A DNA stretch of 64,000 bases from Balanoglossus misakiensis (Eukaryota; Animalia; Hemichordata). The stretch is taken from NCBI GenBank assembly GCA_040954595.2, contig CM082590.2, positions 4,030,001 to 4,094,000 on the forward strand, written 5' to 3'. The translations under genes and the position numbers were made by a program. A model generated the notes under the pieces. It was not told where the DNA came from, made no database searches, and saw only the letters and a list, made by a program, of their open reading frames with translations. The number at the start of each line of letters is the position of its first letter. Positions within the stretch are counted from its first letter, which is position 1. Of this stretch, positions 28,346-41,104 are shown piece after piece.

Positions 28346-28880
28346 GATGACCAAGCCAGTATGGTCAGTTGTGTTGCTGAAGACCAGGCCTGCAGTCAAA
28401 CAGAAGTGGACCCTAATGACCACAGAAGTTCACCTCATAGTCCACTGGAAGATGACCAAGCCAGTATGGTCAGTTGTGTTGCTGAAGACCAGGCCTGCAG
28501 TCAAACAGAAGTGGACCCTAATGACCACAGAAGTTCACCTCATAGTCCACTGGAAGATGACCAAGCCAGTATGGTCAGTTGTGTTGCTGAAGACCAGGCC
28601 TGCAGTCAAACAGAAGTGGACCCTAATGACCACAGAAGTTCACCTCATAGTCCACTGGAAGATGACCAAGCCAGTATGGTCAGTTGTGTTGCTGAAGACC
28701 AGGCCTGCAGTCAAACAGAAGTGGACCCTAATGACCACAGAAGTTCACCTCATAGTCCACTGGAAGATGACCAAGCCAGTATGGTCAGTCACGGTGCTGA
28801 AGACCAGGCCTGCAGTCAAACAGAAGTGGACCCTAATGACCACAGAAGTTCACCTCATAGTCCACTGGAAGATGACCAAG
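28346..28880 (+). repeat. In-frame 105-bp (35-aa) coding tandem repeat, 5 copies
   Basis: DDQASMVSCVAEDQACSQTEVDPNDHRSSPHSPLE x5; first four copies appear identical. Confidence 0.95.
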
Positions 28881-31800
28881 TTCGTGTGATGATTTCCCTA
28901 TCGATGAAAACTTGACAGAAGAACTCATAGGTATTACCATTCAGCAGGGCGAGTTCATGGAACAGAAAATTAAATCATTTAATTTTCAACTATCACAGGA
29001 AGAATGGAACAAGATAAAACCAACCAAATCATACAAAGATGGGCAAAGACGACTGGAAGATGGCTGGTGCTACATATTCAATGAGAAATTTGCAAAAAAT
29101 AATAATTAATGCCCCTTAGTATTCAAAGGAAACAGAATTGCAAAGAAAAATTCACGAAAATCAAGTGGCCCATTTTGCAGAGTACTGGCTAAATGCAAAC
29201 ACACATCATGTCAAAATTACAAGTTTACAATAATGGAGGAACCATCTGGAAAATCACCTGTTACTGTTCTGGTGGAGAGCAATGGGAAAATTCGACACAG
29301 AAAGGGAGATCAAGAAGCAAGACACATTCGGAATGAAGAACGGAAGGAAACTGCGATTCAAATGGGGGGTAAAAATCCCAGCGAATACCGACTGACATGG
29401 CTGGCAACATCCGATAAAGAAGCTGTAGCATTTGGAAATACTACCAAAGTCCAATCAATACCAAAAGATATCTTCGGAAGAGAACTGCCTCAGCCAGACA
29501 TCAACAGATATGTTTGAGGATGTCATAAACACAATGAACAAGCTAAATGAAGAGGTGAAAGGGGGATATATACAAGAGATTCACTATTTCCCTTTTAAAG
29601 TTGTATGTTTCACAGAGAAACAGTTGAACATTTACAGAAGACTCTGCCAAACTAAAAGGGCGTACCTGCATATCGATGCAACGGGGACAGTGGTAAAACG
29701 ACCAGCACACATCAGTCAGCGCATTTTGTATTATGCTATTGTCGTGTCTTCAGAAATGTTGCTGACACCAAGAAAACCACCAATTCCTCTGGCAGAGATG
29801 ATAACAAGTGACCATACAGTGCCATCAATATCCCATTTCTTGATGAAATTCAGAAGGGCAGCAAAGACGATGTCATCCCACTCTGTCATCCCACAGCGAG
29901 TTGAAATAGACTTCAGCTGGGCATTGTTGCATGCTGTCCTGTTAACTTTCAATATGGAAGATATTAACAAGTACATCAAAAGGTCATGGAATCTCATCAC
30001 TGGAACATCCACCACTCAAGAGCCTAGTTTCACTGTAGTTCATATCTGTGCTACCCACTTCATTCATGCAGTAAGCATTCGTCTCCGACATAGATGCTTA
30101 GACAAACATCTGAGAAGATTTCTGATGTATACAACAAGACTTCTACAGAACTCTACAACACTAGAAGAAGTTAGCAGCATAGTGAAAGACATCACTGTGG
30201 TGACAACATCTACACATCGCACGCCCGCCATGGAAATCAGTCTGAAAAGGATGAAAGACAAAATAGCTCGACGAGCTGATGATACAGATATATCTGAAGA
30301 AGATAAGGAGTTTGATATGGCCACTGACGATTCCTATACAGATCTGAGAGGCAAGAGTATTAGGGAGCACTCACCATACTTTCACTATTTCCATGAGATC
30401 ATCACAAAGTCAATGACAAATACTCCAGCAAGTAAATCCCTGAAGACCAATGCCTACCAGTGCAAGGAATATCTCCAAGATTTGCAGATGAGATACTTGC
30501 CCCTACTACCACTTTGGAGTGGAATCATGTTGGGCAATAAGCCGACAATTTCGACAACAGAAATAGAAAGTCGTGCCTCTAACGCCAACGCGGAGAATCG
30601 GATGCGAGAATTAAAGATCCAAATCCTAAACAGAAAAACGAATCTGAAGGCGGCCAAATTCCTACAAATGATGTACAAGTCAATCTCATCACGACTATGC
30701 GACATTGGGCTGACATCACTGGCAACAAAAAGGACTCGAGGAAACACGGTGGAAAACGCCCAGGAAATATGGCAAAGACGAAAACAAACAACAAACATCA
30801 AAACAGTGTATTACAGGGCTCCAATAAAGAAGCTGGAAGAACCCAAAGAAAGGAAACCAATCCAACAGACAAGCCTTGAACAGCATACAACGCAAGTGAA
30901 GATGCCAAAGACTACAGCAGCAAACCATGGTGAAATACAACATAACAAGTGCTTACCATGGGGTGGTTGGTTTGTGAGCAACAAGGAGTCCAGAAAGATT
31001 ACCATGACAAACACATGTCCTGCTGACAACATGCTGATGATACATCACATGTTATTCTCCAATCGATCTGATGTCCTCCAATGGTATCTCAATAATAATA
31101 ATCCGGTCAACAAAACCTTGCTGAAGATCCATCAGTACTTCCTGCAGCAACAATGGTTTAAAGGGAAAGCTGAATGGCTGAAACAGTTTAAAGTGCAGAA
31201 AATTGGAGCGACATGGAACTACTGGGGTGCTGAAGTAACGTATATGCAGCCAATTCTAGATGTCAACCAAAGTATAACCATGACATGGAAATGTTCTGAA
31301 GTGACCTGTCCCAGAAGAATAACAACACAACAATACACCTTGCCAACTTTGTGGTAAGAAATGCTTACTAATGGTACACAGAAGTTTTTTTATGATTAAA
31401 TATCATGTTTGAAATTTTAAATTCTAAATTCTAGTCATATCAGTTAGTAATTAAATTTGAACTCTACCATATTTGACGTTAAGACGCACTGGATGAAAAT
31501 GCCAGTTACCACCAACAGTGCTTGATTTTACATCAAGATTTTACTCACTTCTGGTTTTCCACTCACTTAAAATTAATTTTAAAATATTGATACATTCTGA
31601 GAACAGTACTGTAATCACAAAACAAGTGGCTTTAATTCTCTGAGCATTTTTAACTAATTCGTCACTTACTTGAAAAAGCTGACAATAATTTCCACATTTC
31701 AGTGATGTGACGTCCATTCCAAAGGGCAACAGTGGTTATCTACAGGCAGCCATGAACAACTGGATGGGTGTTGACAACCAGGGCAAAAAATGCACACAGA

Positions 31801-32382
31801 CTGTTGATGAGCCATCTGAAGAGGGACAGACACGAAAAGTTGTATTTGATGAACTGGTTGACCATGAAGGAAGATGGATTTCACAGAAACGGTAAGACAA
31901 TATTATGTTTTATTTGACCTATATGCTTCTGTGTTAATCTAGCTCACGTTGAAGTCATATGGCACTATGGATAATGGTGTATAAAAAATGTAACAACATA
32001 TTACATTACGGACAACTAGAAAGGTGATGAAACATCACCAAGTAATGGTTGAGTCTATGATGACACTCAGAAGATTGAGCATAATAATACATGAAAGGAA
32101 CTATCCCTTTAACTTGAAGATATCTAATCAATTTAGATTTTTACATCAATATTTTCCCCAAAAATGTACAATGTAATGGAATCATTTAAAAAGTCTCCAT
32201 ATTTCTTTCATGTAGGGTTTGTCATTACTGTCCAGGAGTGATGCAGATGACAGATGTTATATTTACATCAGGAATGCTACCACTCATAATCATTGATGCA
32301 TCATATCCATCAGAAACAGGTCAGAGGTTAAAGTCCATTAAAGAAATACCAGAAAGAATACAAGTGCAGGATAAGTGGTAAG

Positions 32383-35300
32383 TGAACAGTCCTACCTCGT
32401 GTGAGGCAAGTAGATGGCCCAGATTAAACTACACAACACACTGATTCAACACTTGTGTCGCCATGTTGATCTCCTCAACATCTGACCTCATTTATTCTAC
32501 TTCCGGGTCAAGGTCATACAAGGGATTGCCTGGTTAACATTCAGTGCTTTCTGGCCTAAAACACTACATCCCTCCCTTTTTTTAGAAAAAATGTTTCAAC
32601 ACACAGAGTTCATGTCCATGCTTTTCTCAGCAACGTCTAATGTCCTTCAGGTTCATCTCCAAGGAACAACACAGTTTTTTTTTTTTCAACGAATCAAATC
32701 AGTTTAAAACAACACAAACTCTGAATGAACAACAACTTTGAAAACTCCCTACGGCTAACTTTGGGCAAGGGGTGGACTACCCTTCAAAACCCACGCTGGC
32801 AAACTTGGGATTTATTCTTACCCATTCTCAGTTTGGCCAGTCCTAGCTGACTCGGTTTCATAATCATCCAAGTACTTTGGTGGACGAATTACGCGTTGCG
32901 GTCGAGAAGGTGGTTCAGGTATGACTGACTCCCGCAGCTCAGCTTTGGTTTCACCTTCGGTTCTCTCCACAGGTTGATCATCTGGATTCTCCATCATCTC
33001 GCCTGGATCATACAGCTTCCTTACGAGTGATGAGTTCCGTTTGTACCTCGCTCCAGTCGGTGACTGTAAGGTTACCTGACTTCCATACCTGTCTATCACT
33101 TTGTATGGCATCTCTTCATACCGAGTAGACAGCTTGTTCATCTGCCGTTGCCGTAGTAAGACTGTGTCACCTGTCTGCACATTACTGTCACGCGCATTTC
33201 GACGGTGATCCGCGTAGTCTTTGACTTTCTGCTTCATTTCTCTATCTCTATCTCTGACTGCTATGTCATCTTCTCTCTTCGCTGTTTCCACGAACTCCGG
33301 TAGCTTGGTTCGAATCTTTCGACGAAACAACAACTCTGCCGGTGCAACTCCTGTTGTCGAATGGGGAGTTGTGCGGTACGCCAGGAGGAATTTGTTCAGC
33401 TCTTTCTTCCAATCCTGTTTCTGCGCTTGGGCAATCTTCATGTTTTTCAAGAGCGTGGAGTTTTGCCTCTCCACTTCTCCATTTGCTTGCGGCCACAGTG
33501 GAGTCGTACGATGATGCACTATGCCATGTTCCTGTAGATAGTCATCGAACTCTTGTGACGCAAACTGCGGTCCGTTATCAGCTTTAACAGACAATGGGTA
33601 TCCATGAGTGACAAATCTGTTGTCTAGGGCTTCAATTATTTTCTCACTCGTTACTGTTTTCATGACATCCACCTCAAAAAACCGACTATAATAGTCAACT
33701 GTAACAAGTAGATACTCGCCTGAAGGCAGGGGACCTAGCAGATCTGTAGCAACATCTTCCCATGGATTCTGGGATAACGGTGTTGATTTCACCGGCTCTG
33801 GATCAGACGGCTGGCTGACTAGCTGGCATCCGAAACATGCTCTGCATTTCGGTTCAGCGTCGCGATCCATTCCTGGCCACCAGACTTTTGTGCGTAGCCT
33901 CATTTTTGTCTTTACTATGCCTTGGTGTCCTTCGTGAGCCAAGTCGATCACTCGTGCTCTATATTTCCGTGGCATTACTATCCGCGTGCCTCTCAACAGC
34001 ACTCTGCCTATGACGGCTAGTTCGCTTCTAACGGCTTTGTATCCTGCTGGACAATCATGCCAGTCATCAGTTTGCAGACATTTCCTGACTGCGCGTAGCT
34101 CATCATCCTTTGACGATTCTTGCTCAATGTCCCGTATTGGCAGTGCACTTGGTGCTGCGTGCTCTGCGACGAACCGGATATATTCCTCAGCCTCATTTCG
34201 CCTTGGGCTCTCATCAGCTCGGTGGCTTATCAAACGAGAGAGTGAGTCAGCAATGTTCAGCGATCCTGGTATATACTTCACTGCGAACTCATATGGCTGT
34301 AGGCGTAGTACCCATCGTTCAATACGCGCCGACGGCTTCGAACGCTTCGAGTAGATGTACGTCAGCGGCTTATGGTCAGTAAGCAGCTCGAATTTCATCC
34401 CGTATAGGTATACGTGAAAACGCTCACACGCCCAGACGAGCGCTAGGGCTTCCTTTTCTGTCTGTGAGTAACGACGTTCGACGCTGGTGAGGCTTCTGCT
34501 TGCATAGCTAATAGCGCATCTCTCGCCGTTCTGTTTCTGGATCAATACTGCTCCGAGACCGACCGGGCTTGCGTCCGCAATGACCTGTGTCTCTGCATTC
34601 TTGTCGAAGTAGGCCAGTGTATCAGCTTCGGCTAATGCCTGCTTCAAACGACTAAACGCCTCCTTTTGTTTCGCACCCCACACAAACTTCGTGTTCTGGC
34701 GAGTAAGTTCTCTGAGTGGCTCTGCAGTAGTTGCTAAGTCTGGTATGTATCTCGCTGAGAAATTTACTAACCCCAGGAAGCTTCTCACTTCCGCTGCATT
34801 CTCGGGTTCTCGGGCTTGTATCACTGCCTTGACGTTTTCCTTGGTCGGGCCAATTCCTCTCTTCAACAGCATATGCCCCATAAAGGTGAGATGATCCATA
34901 CCGAACACACATTTTCCTGTGTTCAGGGTCAAACCCTTCTCCTGCAGGCACTTCATCGTCTTCGTTAGTCTTTCATCGTGGTTTTCGTCACTTCCGTGTA
35001 CTATTATGTCATCTGAAATATTCTCAGCTCCCCCGCAGTCTGAGATTACTTGTTGAATGATGTGCTGGTAAAGCTCAGGTGCAGAGCTGATACCGAACAT
35101 TAGCCGTTTATACCGGAACAGTCCTTTGTGTGTCACGAACGTTGTGATACCCCTTGAACTTTCTGACAGCTCTATTTGGTGGTATCCCCACCGCAAGTCC
35201 AACTTACTGAACTTCGTGCTCGCGTTCATATTCTGCAACACCTCATCGACTGTGGGTATCGGGTGACGTTCTCTGATCACGGCCGCGTTGGCGGCTCTCA

Positions 35301-37027
35301 TGTCCACGCATAACCGAATGTCACCTGATGGCTTTGGTATAATTACCACAGGGCTGACCCACGGGGTTGGGCCCTCGACTTTTTCTATCACATCCAGCTT
35401 CATGAGCTCACCCAATTTGGCTTCCAGCTTCGGCCTCATACTATATGGAACACGTCTCGGGTTTTGCGCCACTGGCGGTACTGAAGGATCGACATGTATT
35501 TCGGCCTGGTATCCTTTCAGCTTGCCAAGCCCTTGGAAACATCTCTGAAACTTGTCAAAAATGTCTGCGGATTCAACCACATTAGCTTGTAATCCAACCT
35601 TCAGCACACCTAGTTGTTCTGCGCTGCGGCGACCTAGCAAGGATCTACCACTCGGGCTTTTGACGACGTAGACTTCAATCTCGGCCCTTTTATCAGACAG
35701 TAGTGCTTCCGCCTGAAATTTGCCCAGTAGTTCCAATGGTTTGTCCGCCCCATACGAATATAGCTTCTTTGAGGTCAGCTCAGTTTTGCACTTTATGCCT
35801 TGGGACTTCAATGACTCCCACACGGATCTGTTGATAATATTACACGTGGCTCCTGAGTCGATCAGCATGTTCTTTATCGTAGCGCCACCTACGTTTACAT
35901 CGACCACGTCGCCACTGCTTCTATCATCAACTATGAAAATGCACTCGTCATCACCTGTGACTTCATTGACAGTTGGCTTCGCCTCCCTGTCCATTTTGTA
36001 TTTCGTACTCGTGGTACCGGTATTCGTTTTGCAAACACTAGTGTAATGTCCGACCTTTTGACATTTGGTGCATGTCGCCTTTCTCGCAGGACAGTCTTTG
36101 TCTCTTGCGAAATGGCCTTCACAGTTACAGCGGTAACAGGCTCCTTTCTTCTTACCTGCTGCAGCCTTTTTCGGTTTTGTGTAAACCCTGTTTACAACCT
36201 GTGGAGCAACTGCGCCCTCCATTTTCCGAATTTGGACGTCTACTGCCTCCATTGACCGTGCGATTTCCAGCATGCCTTCTACTGTTAACGTCGCCCCTTT
36301 TTCCAGTAGCTTACGACGCAACGAACTTGACTTGCATTTATCGATCACCTGATCGCGTATCTGATCGTTCAAGTCTTTGAAGTTACAGTTTTTTCCTTGA
36401 AGTTTCAGTCGTGCTACATACTGGTCGACCGTTTCCGTGTCCTCCTGTTTTAGTTGACGGAAAATATGCCGCTCGTACGACACGTTCAGCTTCGGAGCAA
36501 AATACGCGTCGAGTGTTCTCAGAGCTTTCTCATATTCGCCAGCTGTATCGGCCTGGCCTACCGGCAACGTACCTGGACCGGGATCTTCAAGCGTCTCGAA
36601 AACGTCCTGGATATCCAATCCAGCGCTGTGTAAGAGCAGGGCTTTCTTTTGGGCATCGTCCTTGATCCCCTTCCCTACCACATAAAAATCGAACGATTTT
36701 CGCCATCTCTTCCAACGTGGTGCCAGGCTGCTTGGGTCGCTTTCAATCAAATGCCGCAATCCCACCTAATTCAATATTCCCAGCCATTTCCAGCTTCACC
36801 GATGGAAGGATTACTGGTTTTAGTTCATCCTCGTCGCCAGTTGAACAGTCCTACCTCGTGTGAGGCAAGTAGATGGCCCAGATTAAACTACACAACACAC
36901 TGATTCAACACTTGTGTCGCCATGTTGATCTCCTCAACATCTGACCTCATTTATTCTACTTCCGGGTCAAGGTCATACAAGGGATTGCCTGGTTAACATT
37001 CAGTGCTTTCTGGCCTAAAACACTACA
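32383..37027 (-). mobile_element. Full-length Ty3/Gypsy (Mag-like) LTR retrotransposon
   Basis: Identical 186-bp LTRs 32383-32568 and 36842-37027 (TG...CA); 5-bp TSD GTAAG; PBS TGGCGACGAG; PPT AAAAGGGAGGGA at 32569-32583. Confidence 0.97.
32818..36787 (-). CDS. gag-pol: Gag-Pol polyprotein (gag with two CCHC knuckles, protease, RT, RNase H, integrase)
   Basis: 1315-aa ORF 32818-36765: CYRCNCEGH, LIDSGA, LCVDMR, NISDDII, ADAS..GLGAVL, TDHKPL, HEGHQG, DNGPQF, NGEVER. Likely true ATG at 36787 is out of frame (small indel near 36745). Confidence 0.93.
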
Positions 37028-38382
37028 GTAAGTTTTGGAGCTACCGTCCACAACTACAAGAAAAATTTGAGCTGTGTTGTACACACATGACAAAGTTAAA
37101 TTTTTTACCATGATGCCCAAGAAATGAATGTTTTTGCTTCAACTTTTGCGGCAATTAAAATTTGGAAATATATTATGTATCATATGGTCAGATATTTTTT
37201 TTTTCTTAAAGGATTAAAACCCACCAGTGACGGTGTCTTTTAACATGATTTATATTCAATATCTTGAAATAGGAAAGTTCAAACAATTGCCTCTAACTAA
37301 GGCTTTAAAACCATTATAAAATCCATTACTACTATTTAGTTTACCTGTCATACTTTTTTGTAGGTACTCACCCTTTGCTTGCACACTTGGAGATGGCAGT
37401 CACTTCATTAGCATCATCAGGAAACACAAGGCTTGGGTACTCTATGATGGCTTACGAGAGTATATTCAACCTGGCACTGGCATGCTACACCTGGGAGGAG
37501 AGGCACCGCCAAATTATAAATATCAGCAAATCTACATGGTTGCAGAGGAGGTTGTTTTCACATAAACTGGAGCTTTTTCGCACAGGAACACTGCATAATC
37601 TACATGAACATTACTACTTCAAATTAGAGATTATCTTTGAATAGTCAGTGTCATCAACATCTTGTTTGTTTCCATGGCAATTTTGCCTATTGGAGAGCTC
37701 AAAAGCCAGTCATTATTTATTGTACTGTATTGACTTGTATTGTATTGTATTGAATTGTACAATGACATTCAATATAGATCAAAGAAACACTAAGTTTTGA
37801 ATATACTTAGTAAAGTTAGTTATTGATTAGGCAAAAATACGTTAGGGGGGGGGAGCTTTGAAGTTTGAATAAATTTTAGAAATTTTCAAAGTTTAACAAA
37901 TTTGAATTCTTTAGTCACTTTAACAAGTTTCACAAGTTGATAAAGAGACAATATTTTCTAAAGGTCTGTGTATAACCAGTATGCTTAGAAATTACAATAG
38001 AAGGTATATTTTTGGAATTAGTTCAAAATTTAAAGATATTTCAATTAGTTATTTTTTTGCAGATTGTTCAGTCAGACCTTCACTCAATGTTGAGTAAGGC
38101 AATTACATATTGCTGTTAAATTGTTCATCTCATAAATGTTAAACATGTTCCTTTATGTCAATAAAAAAGGTTATTTTGACACTTTTGACTTTATGCACTT
38201 GTATTCTTGATAGTACATATTGTCAATTCATGACCATGGCCTATTAAAAATGTATCATACTGAGATTATCATATTTCAATAGGAAATAACCCCGTTCAAA
38301 ATTAATGCATTTGCGTTTGGGAACTATGTATTCGTTATTTTTATTTCAATTTTATTATGATATCCCAAACACCACCAAAACT

Positions 38383-38923
38383 TAGACTGTCGACAGTCCC
38401 TCGCGCCTAATGTGTATCGATTCGGCGTTTCGCCGAAGGCCCGATTCGGCGTTTTGTGGTGCGATGGCCGTAAGGCCTCGGGCATGGGCGTGGCCCGAGG
38501 GACTGTTATACCTTGTTTCGCCCTCACACGGGCACCGTGGGAAAATGCCCCTGTAAAATGATTGACATTTAATATACGTCATAAACTCATAAACGGCAAA
38601 GATGTTTTTGTTGCGTCGCCAACGGGCAGTGGGAAGTCTTTGGCGTATGAAATCGCACCTTTTCTCTTGGACAGGATCAGCGAATTTACCGAGGAACCGT
38701 CATCGATAGTTTTGGTTTCTTCGCCGCTGATTTACGCCCCCATATGCAAATTTTACTACGTCATTTTCTGCATGCATAATTAATATCAAGGCAAGGCTTG
38801 CAAGCTATAACAGTCCCTCGGGCCTTACGGCCCTCGCACCACGAAACGCCGAATCAGGCCTACGGCCCTCGCACGAAACGCCGAATCGATACACATTAGG
38901 CGCGAGGGACTGTCGACAGTCTA
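38383..38923 (+). mobile_element. AcademH-like non-autonomous transposon retaining a RecQ-type helicase fragment
   Basis: ~49-bp perfect TIR tagactgtcgacagtccctcgcgcc...; TSD (a)ccaaaact, 8-9 bp; internal GKDVFVASPTGSGKSL..SIVLVSSPLI (SF2 RecQ motifs I and Ia). Confidence 0.85.
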
Positions 38924-39594
38924 CCAAAACTCAGTTTATTGAACAACAAACTTTTAACAAAACAATATTCTAAAGATGTGAGCTGTTTGTATATTTGCAT
39001 GACACAGAACTCCGAACTACATGTGTGTATCATCGAAATCGAGTTTTATGCAGGTGTAAATACCGTGATTTATAGCATTGTGCTATATCCCAGTATGTAC
39101 ATGTTCTTAGTGCATCATCACATCCACATGCATTTAATAAAATAGGGTTACACTAAATATGAGTACAAACCTGCTAACACGACGCTTGCCAATACCGAAC
39201 ATGGAAATCATATCGCAGTTAGGAAGAACGAAAACACCAAATGCAGACATTTCATTTAGCGTGCCTCTTGCCACACACTTGAACGTGTGCTCAAATTAAC
39301 GCCCTCTTGTGGTAGATATTTCGATGATAACAAGACGTATTTTATAATTTCCGACATAAATTAACAATATTATGGGTGCCAAAAATATAATAAATAACAG
39401 TTAAAGAGTTTGATCACGTGTATACGTCTTTTGGCGTAGTTATTTTCACGCTACATACTAAAAACCGCGAGGGTCAACCGTAAATGCTTAATTACTTTCA
39501 GTCTCTCGAACCCGAATCCGAAACCGAATCCGAAACTGAATCCGAAACCGACACTAACTTCAGTATCGTGGGACTATCTCTCTTTCTGGAGGGT

Positions 39595-39738
39595 CCAACG
39601 GAAGAAGCAGGGGGGTCTGGGTAACCGAGACTAAGCGCGGGCCAAATGGTCTCGGTTACCCAGACCCCTCTGCTTCTTCCGCTGCACTCTTTTCGGGAGC
39701 ACAGCGGAAGAAGCAGAGGGGTCTGGGTAACCAAACTT
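39595..39738. mobile_element. One half copy plus one full copy of the palindromic AcademH-like MITE family
   Basis: 39595-39633 is identical to the right arm of 10539-10635; 39647-39738 is a second, related hairpin. Confidence 0.8.
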
Positions 39739-40374
39739 GTTATCTGAGGTATACAAGAAACTTGAGTAAACAAGAGACACGTTCAAAGATCTTTGAAAAC
39801 ACAGATGAGAGGGAAATAGGTCGATAACAAAGGTCGCACCATTCTAGATTTCATGAAGTAATTGTAACTAATAACCTGCAATTGCTGAATTTTAACGAAA
39901 AGAAAGAAAAAAAAATCAACAAACTGACTCTGTTATGTAACGCTTTGTGTAAATTGGTACATTAGAGTTGAGTTGATATGCCGAATTAATGCAGAATCTA
40001 ACGGGAAATGGGATGGGAGAACCTCAGGCTACCATGACTACTGTTAGGCCTAAACACTTTATTTTCGTGAGTTGAAATTTCCGCGATATCGAGAAAGGCC
40101 ACTGTTTTAATTTAGTGCAGGAGCTAAACCCCAAATTTTGGCATAATTGTGCACTTTGGGTTAAAAGCATTAACTTGGTACTTGGATCCAAAACGACAGC
40201 GCCATCTAGCGGCCAGAAACAGACATATATACTTTAAAATTGTGCACTTCGGGTTAAAAGCATGAAATTTGGTACAATTATTCATTGACCCATGGCGGAC
40301 ATTTTCCAATATGGATCCAAAAAACAGCGCCCTCTAGTGGCTAGAAATTGACATTTACACTTTTCCCCCATTAA

Positions 40375-41104
40375 GGTGGCATTGCATGAAACCGTCGAGA
40401 CTTTTTCAGAGGCCTATTTCTCATCAAAGACAAAGTTAAAACCCCCATAAACCATATATATTCTGGAAGCAGAGATTTTGAACTTTTGTTTAAGTTGCAA
40501 ATATTATTGAGCCCCGGTTATGGTGGCGATTTTGGGTGAAAAAAAACATTTTTTGATATTATGTCATGAAATTTAAAATAGGTAAAAAAGTTGACCATGC
40601 ATCATGCATCTTAATATGTCATTCAAAACTAGAGTACACGTGCAAAAAAACGGTAATTTTGTTTTGCGTTATCTGCTTCCATTGAGGAGTAACAGCGTTT
40701 GAAAGTTAGATTTTTAGTAAAATTTGATCAAATTCACGGTGAGTTGTATTGAACCAGAGTTTATTCCCGCCAGGGACACTTTATCGACTAACAAAAATAC
40801 CGTTTTGTTGGATGGGTCATACACAATCCCCAGTTAAAATTTGAGCAAATTCGGCCAACGCAGAGCGAAGCTATTTTCGTTTTCGTCTGAAGCAGCGAAA
40901 ATGCAAACTGAGAAAAACGGCCATTTGCATTGTTGACACCTATTTGTTAAGCTGTGAACTCATTCAGAAAAGTGCTATTTTGGGGTGATTATGCACCATT
41001 TCCGCCAAGACGTATTAGTCAGGGTGTGGGTCAGTATAAGGCCTACCGATTTATGTAGAAAAGTAAAATTTGGCAAAAATCACAACTTTTCATGCAATGC
41101 CACC
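40375..41104 (+). mobile_element. Kolobok-like non-autonomous transposon, 730 bp
   Basis: TTAA|ggtggcattgcatgaaa ... tttcatgcaatgccacc|TTAA. Confidence 0.88.

Larger units (their letters stand above)
27133..37565 (+). pseudogene. PHD finger + MULE/NOF-type DDE transposase + USP-like cysteine protease fusion; exons 27133-27184, 27412-31353, 31703-31891, 32216-32377, 37364-37565
   Basis: PHD: CKC..CDGCDNWFHPRC..CPDC. Transposase: HIDATG, EIDFSWAL, HICATH (CxxH), LPLWSG, SNANAENR. Protease Cys box TNTCPADN and His box SHFISI..WVLYDG. All four GT-AG introns are phase-compatible. Lesions: frameshifts near 27575, 28900 and 29460, stop at 29107. Confidence 0.8.

Noticed and set aside
37375-37644. 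Stand-alone 89-aa ORF
   Set aside because: Wrong frame; the coding frame is the spliced last exon 37364-37565 with the HF..W..YDG motif
10539-39633. A 29-kb composite transposon bounded by the two matching palindromic-MITE arms
   Set aside because: The 10539 copy is complete with its own 9-bp TSD, and the flank after 39633 (agcgcgggc) does not match gtgtgaata
1-41104. Inverted Kolobok-like copies as ends of one 41-kb element
   Set aside because: The 40375-41104 copy has both TIRs and its own TTAA TSD, and is nested in another element; independent insertions are simpler
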